Below are positions 37,637 through 44,802 of a stretch of 50,586 bases of DNA, in pieces. The notes beneath the pieces are model-generated. The model had not been told where the DNA came from, did not search any database, and saw only the letters and a list, made by a program, of their open reading frames with translations. Both the position numbers and the translations under genes were made by a program. Where the stretch lies: positions 1-50,586 of the forward strand of contig NZZP01000007.1 of assembly GCA_002698665.1 (NCBI GenBank). The letters are read 5' to 3'. Position 1 is the stretch's first letter; every line of letters starts with the position of its first letter. The stretch is from Gammaproteobacteria bacterium. GTDB lineage: Bacteria > Pseudomonadota > Gammaproteobacteria > GCA-002705445 > GCA-002716945.

Positions 37637-38836
37637 ATGGAATCGGCATCAGTTTTATTAACTTATATTGCTATACTGGGTTTTATCTTAGGCTTTGTAG
37701 TGAACAAGACTAATTTCTGCACAATGGGAGCTGTATCAGATTGGATAAATATTGGAGATTTCTCTCGTTTTAAGGCTTGGATGTTAGCAGCAGCAATAGC
37801 TATAATTGGTGTGACCATATCTGAATTCCTAGCATATGTAAATATCAATGAATCAAGAATACCTTATAGAAATTCAGTTTTATTCTGGCCTAGATATATA
37901 ATTGGAGGTTTAATGTTTGGAATAGGCATGACCTTTGCTAGTGGTTGTGGCAACAAAGTATTGATAAGAGTGGGCGGTGGTAATTTAAAATCCGTATTTG
38001 TATTAATAGTTGCGGGCTTTATGGCTTACCTTATGACAAGAACTGATTTTTATGGGATTTTTTTTCACAGTTGGATGAGTCCAATAAGCCCTGATCTAGC
38101 TCAAATCGGTATTTATGACCAATCATTACCATCTATACTATCTGCAATTACAAATGCGTCTAACTTAATGTATTTTAAGCTTATAATTGGCCTTATAATT
38201 GGCTTATCAATGATATTCTTTATCTTTAAATCAGGAACTTTCTCAAATAAAATCGATGATGTGATTAGTGGTCTAGTAGTTGGTGGTGTCGTAGTATTAG
38301 CATGGATTATTACAGGGGGGAATGTAGGACAAGACTGGATAGAAACAAACAACTTTCTGGATAATCCATTACCTGGAGTTGGAGTGCAATCATTTACCTT
38401 TATAAACCCTATGGCAGAAAGCCTGATTTATGCTGGTAGTTTTGGTGAACACTTTTATCTAACTTTTGGGGTAGTTGCTTTATTCTCAGTAATACTCGGG
38501 TCATTTATATATTCTATTTTAACCCAAAACTTTAGAATAGAGTGGTTTGCGTCCATACAGGATTTTGTGAGACATATAATCGGAGCTATCTTAATAGGTA
38601 TTGGAGGAGTTCTCGCTATGGGATGTACAATTGGACAAGGAGTATCAGGTGTATCAACTCTTGCTTTGGGTTCATTTATTACTCTTTTATCAATAGTCAT
38701 CGGAGCAGCTGTAACTATGAAGATAGAGTATTATAATGCGGTCTATGAAGATTGTAGTTTTTTTGATAGTCTTAGGTCATCATTAGCTGATCTGAATTTA
38801 ATACCTAATAAATTTAGAACACTTGAAAAGATATAA
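37637..38836 (+). CDS. YeeE/YedE family sulfur-compound (thiosulfate-type) transporter-like membrane protein
   Basis: A polytopic membrane protein with the three Cys-containing motifs typical of the family: NFCTMGA, ASGCGNK and MGCTIGQG. Confidence 0.78.
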   Translation: MESASVLLTYIAILGFILGFVVNKTNFCTMGAVSDWINIGDFSRFKAWMLAAAIAIIGVTISEFLAYVNINESRIPYRNSVLFWPRYIIGGLMFGIGMTFASGCGNKVLIRVGGGNLKSVFVLIVAGFMAYLMTRTDFYGIFFHSWMSPISPDLAQIGIYDQSLPSILSAITNASNLMYFKLIIGLIIGLSMIFFIFKSGTFSNKIDDVISGLVVGGVVVLAWIITGGNVGQDWIETNNFLDNPLPGVGVQSFTFINPMAESLIYAGSFGEHFYLTFGVVALFSVILGSFIYSILTQNFRIEWFASIQDFVRHIIGAILIGIGGVLAMGCTIGQGVSGVSTLALGSFITLLSIVIGAAVTMKIEYYNAVYEDCSFFDSLRSSLADLNLIPNKFRTLEKI

Positions 38837-38837
38837 T

Positions 38838-38910
38838 GGGGCGTTAGCTCAGTTGGTAGAGCAGTGGCCTTTTAAGCCATTTGTCACAGGTTCGAATCCT
38901 GTACGCCCTA
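38838..38910 (+). tRNA. tRNA-Lys (anticodon TTT)
   Basis: The cloverleaf reads GGGGCGT/TA/GCTC-AGTTGGT-AGAGC/A/GTGGC-CTTTTAA-GCCAT/TTGTC/ACAGG-TTCGAAT-CCTGT/ACGCCCT-A. The CCA end is not encoded. The gene starts 2 nt after the last base of the upstream stop codon. Confidence 0.93.
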
Positions 38911-38925
38911 ATTAATTATGTGATT

Positions 38926-39840
38926 ATGAAAAAAATTTTAACTTTTATATTATTTTTTATTTTTTCTACATTATCAGCTGAACCAGTAAAGTTGCAATAT
39001 AAGGTTGATAAAAATTATATAGAGATTAATGGAATACATTTACAAACCGATAACACAGATAGCGTCGCTTTGATTCTTCATGGGACAAGAGGCCATCAAA
39101 ATTTAGAGTTGATTTCGTCTATTGCATCTGTGCTATTGGAAAATAATGTAAACTCACTTAGAGTAAATTTAAGTTATGGAATTAATAATCGAAATAATGA
39201 TTTTCTACCCTGTGATATAAATCATGCTCATAAAAAAGAAAATTCAATTAAAGAAATTAAGTTATGGTTTAATTATTTAAAGCAGAATAATTACAAAAAA
39301 ATATATTTGATAGGTCATTCCAGAGGTGGGCTTAATGTGGTTCAATTTTATAATTCTCTTACAAAAAAAGATCAGATGCATATACCATCAATATATTTGC
39401 TTGCTCCATTGTCAGACTCATTTAAAGATACATCAAAATATTTCTTAGAAAAATATCAGTTTGATATTTCTACTATAGAAAATAATAATGATTATTTTAA
39501 AATTGACTTTTTAAATTGTCCAAACGCTAATGTTAAGCATTCATCATTTTTAGATTACTATAAAATTACAAATACAGAGAGTGGGAATAGAGGATCTCTT
39601 ATTCCAAATCTAAAGAAAATAAACAAGAATATATTTGTATTTACTGCATCGGATGATACGTTTGTGCCTTTGACTCATAAAAGAGTTAATTTAATCTTGA
39701 GCTATAATAAACATATAGAACTTATTGAGATACAAGATGCAGATCACTTTTTTAGAGATTTTTATTTTGATGATATTATGGATGGTATTTTAAAGAGAAT
39801 GACTTCTACTTATTCAATTGAAAATGGATCATCTGATTGA
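38926..39840 (+). CDS. Exported alpha/beta-fold hydrolase (serine nucleophile GHSRGG)
   Basis: Has a signal peptide (MKKILTFILFFIFSTLSA), the oxyanion-like motif ILHGTRGH and the nucleophile elbow GHSRGG, plus late D and H (ASDDTFVP, DADHFF). The upstream part of the ORF (38881-38925) overlaps the tRNA and is discarded. Confidence 0.65.
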   Translation: MKKILTFILFFIFSTLSAEPVKLQYKVDKNYIEINGIHLQTDNTDSVALILHGTRGHQNLELISSIASVLLENNVNSLRVNLSYGINNRNNDFLPCDINHAHKKENSIKEIKLWFNYLKQNNYKKIYLIGHSRGGLNVVQFYNSLTKKDQMHIPSIYLLAPLSDSFKDTSKYFLEKYQFDISTIENNNDYFKIDFLNCPNANVKHSSFLDYYKITNTESGNRGSLIPNLKKINKNIFVFTASDDTFVPLTHKRVNLILSYNKHIELIEIQDADHFFRDFYFDDIMDGILKRMTSTYSIENGSSD

Positions 39841-40328
39841 TCGATAGTATTATCAATATTAATACTTCTATTTATAGTCGTATCTGTTTTTGGACCTATA
39901 GTAACTTCTGAAGTTGAGTTCTCAAATAATTTACGATTGACTTTGATGGTAGCAAATCTATCTTCTTTATCAAAATTCATCAGTACAAAATCGCTTCTTA
40001 CAATTGCAATTTCTGACCAACCATCATCCCTCATTTTAACTCTGTAGAATTCTACGACTTCGTCTGCAGGAATATCATGAAGAAGATATAATACTCCGGT
40101 AAATCTTGAGCCTTCACCAAAAATAATAGTTTTGTCAGTTAGATATTTAGAACTTTCTGGAATGGGGATTGATATTTGTAATCTTTTATTCAGGCTAATT
40201 TCCTTAATTTCAGATGATGACTCGTCATCTGTGCCTGGCATCATATTGTTTATAGTTGCACAAGAAGAGAGAACTAAAGGAATTATTGCTAAAAACAGAA
40301 TTTTGTTTGCAAATAGTCTACTAATCAT
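39810..40328 (-). CDS. Uncharacterised lipoprotein, last gene of the sox transcription unit
   Basis: Has a signal peptide with the lipobox LVLSSC. I recognised no family. It starts 13 nt after the soxA stop (or overlaps soxA if the 40364 start is used). Its 3' end overlaps the convergent hydrolase gene by 31 nt. Confidence 0.55.
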   Translation of the reverse strand: MISRLFANKILFLAIIPLVLSSCATINNMMPGTDDESSSEIKEISLNKRLQISIPIPESSKYLTDKTIIFGEGSRFTGVLYLLHDIPADEVVEFYRVKMRDDGWSEIAIVRSDFVLMNFDKEDRFATIKVNRKLFENSTSEVTIGPKTDTTINRSINIDNTIDQSDDPFSIE

Positions 40329-40341
40329 ATGGAAATTATAC

Positions 40342-41172
40342 CTATTTTCTTGACCCTGGGCCATTTATTTCTAACCCATTGCTCATATAAGTAATGAAAT
40401 ACTCTAAATTTCTATATTCTTCTTGCTGCGCTTTAAATGGTTTAGCCCTTACTCTGTTTAAGCAACCAGCGAATCTCTCATGAAGTGTTACTAATCTTCC
40501 AGCTACAGACCTATATGCTGGAAAGTGAGTTGCATGACCTATTCCAGGACTTGGTATGTCTGCACGCAATTTAGTTCCTGTTTGATATACATGGCAATCT
40601 GCACATGAAAAGTTAAGTTGACCTACTTTGGTGAAATATAGTTTTTTACCATACTCATATGCCTCTAATGCTTTATCATTATTTGGAATTTGTAGGTTAA
40701 ATTTCTTCCCTCTTGAGGTATATGCCATATATGCAGAAATATCTGCCATTGGACCACCTTTATAATAGCTATATGGCTTTTCTCCATTCTTTTTTCTACA
40801 TTCATTAATGGCTAGTTCTAGTGTAACCACCTCATTACGATTTTCATCAAAAAATGGGTAATTTTGTCTAATACCTATACCTGCATTTTCAAAACAATTA
40901 GCATAAGTATTACCATTTTTAAATGGCATATTGAACAATTCTTCGCCTTGTTCAATGTTTATCTCATATGGGGGAAAATCTTCTATTGATTCCCATTGTT
41001 CTCTTGAAGCTGGATCTATTGAATATACGCCATTGTTAAAATCACTAAACTCAGTTCCAGGAAATCTATTTTGAAAATGGTCGCGAAATAATTCTAAATC
41101 TTCTTCCGGCGATGCATATGCAGTAATGTTGATTATAATTAAGAGAAATAATAGTTTAGATGCTATCCTCAT
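40342..41172 (-). CDS. soxA: Thiosulfate-oxidation cytochrome SoxA (single CxxCH, monohaem type)
   Basis: Has a signal peptide, the haem motif CADCH, a conserved C-terminal region (LVTLHERFAGCLNRVRA) and the expected length. It lies after soxZ. Confidence 0.87.
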   Translation of the reverse strand: MRIASKLLFLLIIINITAYASPEEDLELFRDHFQNRFPGTEFSDFNNGVYSIDPASREQWESIEDFPPYEINIEQGEELFNMPFKNGNTYANCFENAGIGIRQNYPFFDENRNEVVTLELAINECRKKNGEKPYSYYKGGPMADISAYMAYTSRGKKFNLQIPNNDKALEAYEYGKKLYFTKVGQLNFSCADCHVYQTGTKLRADIPSPGIGHATHFPAYRSVAGRLVTLHERFAGCLNRVRAKPFKAQQEEYRNLEYFITYMSNGLEINGPGSRK

Positions 41173-41181
41173 GATTCAATA

Positions 41182-41490
41182 TTATTTTACCTCGCTAATT
41201 AAAGAATCTTTATTACCTTTGTTATCTAGCCATGTAAGTTCAACCTTATCTCCTTTGCTTCCATTATATACAAAAGTTAGATATGGATTTTTTGATACTG
41301 CTGGACCCCAATGCACGGTAATAACTTCTTCATTGTTAGCTTTGCCAACAACCTCTTGAATGAAATGAGCAGGGATTTTATCTCCTGTTTTCTTATCAGT
41401 TCTTTGTCCAGTTTCCATCGGGTGTTTTATCAGTGCCTTTACTGTGACCGAACCATTGCTTTCTTTGGCTCTTATTTTAATAGTACTCAT
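41182..41490 (-). CDS. soxZ: Thiosulfate oxidation carrier complex protein SoxZ
   Basis: IKIRAKESNGSVTVKALIKHPMETGQRTDKKTGDKIPAHFI...SKNPYLTF matches the SoxZ signature. I chose ATG 41490 (preceded by GGAGG) rather than the TTG at 41514 of the ORF track. Confidence 0.88.
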   Translation of the reverse strand: MSTIKIRAKESNGSVTVKALIKHPMETGQRTDKKTGDKIPAHFIQEVVGKANNEEVITVHWGPAVSKNPYLTFVYNGSKGDKVELTWLDNKGNKDSLISEVK

Positions 41491-41494
41491 AGTT

Positions 41495-41959
41495 TTAACC
41501 TCCACATCCGCCAATTGTTATCTTAACCTCTTTAGATGCACTATAAATTTTTCCATTACTTTTTACTGCTGCGATTACCTTAGAAGTTTTACCCATTTTT
41601 ATTCTTGTGCCTATGACACCTTTAGATTTGCTTGACAAGTTATATCCGCTTGAAAGTGGCTGAGGATTATTCTCAACGAATATCATTATTGACTCCACAT
41701 TTTCAATGTCAGTTTTTACATTTATTGGAACAATTGCTCCATTTTCTGCAATATCAGGAACTTTAAGCTTCACTTTTTTTGTCTCTGATAAATCATCGTG
41801 CCCATAGACGCTTTTAATAGACTCAGCTAAATCTGTAATATCAAAAGATTTTTTTGGCCACGCCGCATGGACTCTTTTTGGTTTAATCATAAGTCCACCA
41901 AATGTTGTTACAACCGCTGCAGTCATAAGTGATTTTTTTAAAAAATTTCTTCTATTCAT
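41495..41959 (-). CDS. soxY: Thiosulfate oxidation carrier protein SoxY
   Basis: Has a Tat signal (NRRNFLKK) and the diagnostic C-terminal GGCGG-stop swinging arm. Confidence 0.93.
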   Translation of the reverse strand: MNRRNFLKKSLMTAAVVTTFGGLMIKPKRVHAAWPKKSFDITDLAESIKSVYGHDDLSETKKVKLKVPDIAENGAIVPINVKTDIENVESIMIFVENNPQPLSSGYNLSSKSKGVIGTRIKMGKTSKVIAAVKSNGKIYSASKEVKITIGGCGG

Positions 41960-41968
41960 TCTATTACC

Positions 41969-42310
41969 TCACAATGTGTACAAATAATCTATAATTTTGT
42001 TAATCTCATCTTTAGTAATCACGCCATGTTTTCCAAACGGCGGCATAAACGTATTTGGATTTTTTTTAGTCGGATCCCAAATTTGCTCATATAAGGTGTT
42101 TCTATCTGGAAATCTAGCCATCATTGCTATTAATGGAGGCCCATTATTGCCTGCTAACTCACCATCATCTATTTGATGACATGCCAGACAATTACCTTTT
42201 TTTCTATCAAAAGCAAGTTTTTTGCCTTCAGCAATTACATCAGCATGTAGTGGGCTTATTGCTAACAACAATACAATAACGCTCAATATTTTACTAAATA
42301 ATATGTTCAT
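41969..42310 (-). CDS. soxX: Monohaem cytochrome SoxX
   Basis: Has a signal peptide, CLACHQ and the Met-ligand region FMPPFG. It is the first gene of the soxXYZA order. Confidence 0.85.
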   Translation of the reverse strand: MNILFSKILSVIVLLLAISPLHADVIAEGKKLAFDRKKGNCLACHQIDDGELAGNNGPPLIAMMARFPDRNTLYEQIWDPTKKNPNTFMPPFGKHGVITKDEINKIIDYLYTL

Positions 42311-42355
42311 AATTTCAATTCATTATAGTACTGATAGTTCAATAAAAAAACTACT

Positions 42356-43795
42356 TTAATTACAAGTTTTTTCACCAAAAATAGGCTCTAAGGGCCTAGG
42401 ATTACTACAAATAATGTCTAATTTCTTTTTTGATAATATTTCTCTTTGTATGGTATTTATTTTACTTGATTGCATGGAATTATTCAAAACTTCAATTGCC
42501 ATATTAGGATCTGACATAAGTGCATAAAAATCTGACAAATATATCGATGATAGATATTTATTATTCTTGTGGGTATAAAATTTAGATACTAATCTCAAAT
42601 AGTCTGGATTGAGCATATATTGATTTCCAAGAGATTGAATTAGATTTTCTGTATAATCGGGTTTAATATTATTTTCAATAAGAATTTCAAGTAATGTAAA
42701 TGAAACAGTTTTATTCAATGGATAAATTTTTTTAAGATTGTTGAGTATTGCAATAGCCTCATCAATTTTATTGTCACTAGATAAAACCTTAGCATGGAGT
42801 ATGGAGGTATAAAGGTTAGCTTTTTTATTATCTTCAATATTTTTGAGATGTTTAATAGCATTTTTATAATCTGATTTTTTAAAGTATAATAACGCCAGTC
42901 TATGAAGAGTTAAAAGATCATTGCTCCTTAGACTTGATATCTCCCTGTTTATATCTTTTATATTGTTTACTTCAATGATATTTTTCACGAAGAAATAGTC
43001 ATCGGTAGAATTTTTTTGAGAACTTTTTTGATTACCTGCTTTATTTTGAATATTCGCAATTCTATTTTCATACATTGGATGGGTATATAAATAGGATATC
43101 TCTCTTTGTATTTCACCAGTTGAATTTTCCATAGAATCAAAAAAATTAGACATTTCTAGAATGTCATAGTTTGATCTTTGCATTATTTCAATAGCATAAT
43201 TATCAGCATCAATTTCATTGCTTCTGACAAGGTTGATATTCATTTGACTAGATAATCCAATACCAGCCTTAATTGCTGCCATGGAGGCTTGTGCATTGCC
43301 GGCAAACAATCCACTGATTATTCCTACCCACATAGGAATACTATTCGATCTTGAACTTGCTATCATCTCTGCGGAGTGTCTTAATTTTATATGCGCTATC
43401 TCATGTGACACTACACCTGCTAATTGAGCTTCATTTTTAGTTAATTTAATTAGACCTGAATTAAGACCAATATATCCGCCCGGCACAGCAAATGCATTTA
43501 TCTGGTTTGATTTTACTACAAAAAAATTATATTGTCGGTCTTGGTCTAATAAGTTTCTTGAGAGTTTGTTGCCTAAATAGTTTATGTAAGAACTTATTAA
43601 TGGGTTATTATCTATATAATTGTAACTTTGTAAATTTCTATAAAGTGCAAGACCAATGGCATCCTCTTTTTTTAGAGGAAGACTCTCACTATATGGATCT
43701 CCAAGTATAGGCGCATCAGTTTGAGAAAATATTTCTGAAGACAGCGATACACTAAGAAACATACTCACTAAAATAATTGTTGAATATTTTTTCAT
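42356..43795 (-). CDS. Periplasmic M48 family zinc metalloprotease with C-terminal TPR repeats (BepA/YfgC-like)
   Basis: Has a signal peptide and the HExxH motif in VVSHEIAHIKLRH. The C-terminal half is TPR-like (LALLYFKKSDYKNAIKHL...). Confidence 0.8.
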   Translation of the reverse strand: MKKYSTIILVSMFLSVSLSSEIFSQTDAPILGDPYSESLPLKKEDAIGLALYRNLQSYNYIDNNPLISSYINYLGNKLSRNLLDQDRQYNFFVVKSNQINAFAVPGGYIGLNSGLIKLTKNEAQLAGVVSHEIAHIKLRHSAEMIASSRSNSIPMWVGIISGLFAGNAQASMAAIKAGIGLSSQMNINLVRSNEIDADNYAIEIMQRSNYDILEMSNFFDSMENSTGEIQREISYLYTHPMYENRIANIQNKAGNQKSSQKNSTDDYFFVKNIIEVNNIKDINREISSLRSNDLLTLHRLALLYFKKSDYKNAIKHLKNIEDNKKANLYTSILHAKVLSSDNKIDEAIAILNNLKKIYPLNKTVSFTLLEILIENNIKPDYTENLIQSLGNQYMLNPDYLRLVSKFYTHKNNKYLSSIYLSDFYALMSDPNMAIEVLNNSMQSSKINTIQREILSKKKLDIICSNPRPLEPIFGEKTCN

Positions 43796-43880
43796 AATAT
43801 TTAGTATAGAGCATATATATTATTAAATTATTATATATTAATAATAACCATACAATCTATTATATCTTAAAGGAGTTTTA

Positions 43881-44111
43881 ATGTCAGATTTTGATAAAGA
43901 GTTAGATACTAGTGGCCTAAATTGTCCACTACCAATCATAAAAGCTAAGAAGGAAATTAATACTATGGAGACCGGACAAACCCTCCATGTAATTTCGACT
44001 GATCCTGGAGCAGTTAAGGATTTTGAATCGTTTGCTAATCAAACAGGTAATGAACTTGTAAGTTCAGAAGAAAAGGAAAATAAGTTCTACTTTATCCTAA
44101 GAAAGAACTAG
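43881..44111 (+). CDS. tusA: TusA/SirA family sulfurtransferase-like protein
   Basis: A 76-aa protein with LDTSGLNCPLPIIKAKK (the CPxP active-site motif). A good SD (AAAGGAG) lies upstream. Confidence 0.8.
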   Translation: MSDFDKELDTSGLNCPLPIIKAKKEINTMETGQTLHVISTDPGAVKDFESFANQTGNELVSSEEKENKFYFILRKN

Positions 44112-44116
44112 TAAGT

Positions 44117-44734
44117 TTGTTATATATCAAAAATATTTTTCTAATTATTGGCGTCATATCTTCAATGATTGCCCTTGTGATATTTTTCTTCATTTATTTC
44201 ATCACAAACCCAGTTATACAAAATCAGCACTTTGAATATGATGCATTAGTCATTTTATCCGGTAACCCACAAAGAGCCATCACCGCTAGTACCATTTACC
44301 ATGAAAAAAAAATAAAAAAAATCTATTTAAGTAAAGAAAAAAATATTTTACATAACTATATTGATGATTCTAGGTCGATATTTACATATGAACTATATTT
44401 AAATATATTGCTTACTAGGAATGTGCCTAGAGATGATATCTTGTTATTTGGCACCAATAATAAAAGCACATACCAAGAGGTTTTAGCATTATCAAATTCA
44501 ACAGTCTCAAACTATAAAAAAATATTAATTATCACTGATAAATATCATATCTTTAGAGCTCAAAAAATTTTCAAAAAACACCTAGCAGGGCATCAGGTAG
44601 ACTTTTTTCATCAGCCAGTTTCTAATGATTGGACGAGTAGCAAAGAGAGTATACATATCATTTTTTCTGAAACACTAAAATTGATACTTTTTTACACATT
44701 TAATGATTTTGAGAATTATCTAACATATAGATAA
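44117..44734 (+). CDS. DUF218 (YdcF/ElyC family) membrane-anchored protein
   Basis: Has an N-terminal TM helix and the pattern DALVILSG...R...A, then IITDKYHIFRA, which is typical of DUF218. It has a TTG start and the start is uncertain. Confidence 0.6.
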   Translation: MLYIKNIFLIIGVISSMIALVIFFFIYFITNPVIQNQHFEYDALVILSGNPQRAITASTIYHEKKIKKIYLSKEKNILHNYIDDSRSIFTYELYLNILLTRNVPRDDILLFGTNNKSTYQEVLALSNSTVSNYKKILIITDKYHIFRAQKIFKKHLAGHQVDFFHQPVSNDWTSSKESIHIIFSETLKLILFYTFNDFENYLTYR

Positions 44735-44802
44735 TTTATTTATATAATGATGATTTCTTTAAAAAGATGTATGATTAACAGGTTAGAAAATGAAGTGAAA
44801 TT

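Noticed and set aside
38838-39840. tRNA-Lys as a possible integration site, with the hydrolase and lipoprotein as island cargo.
   Set aside because: There is no integrase or transposase. I could find no direct repeat of the tRNA 3' end downstream by eye, and composition does not visibly differ from the flanks. A proper repeat search could revisit this.
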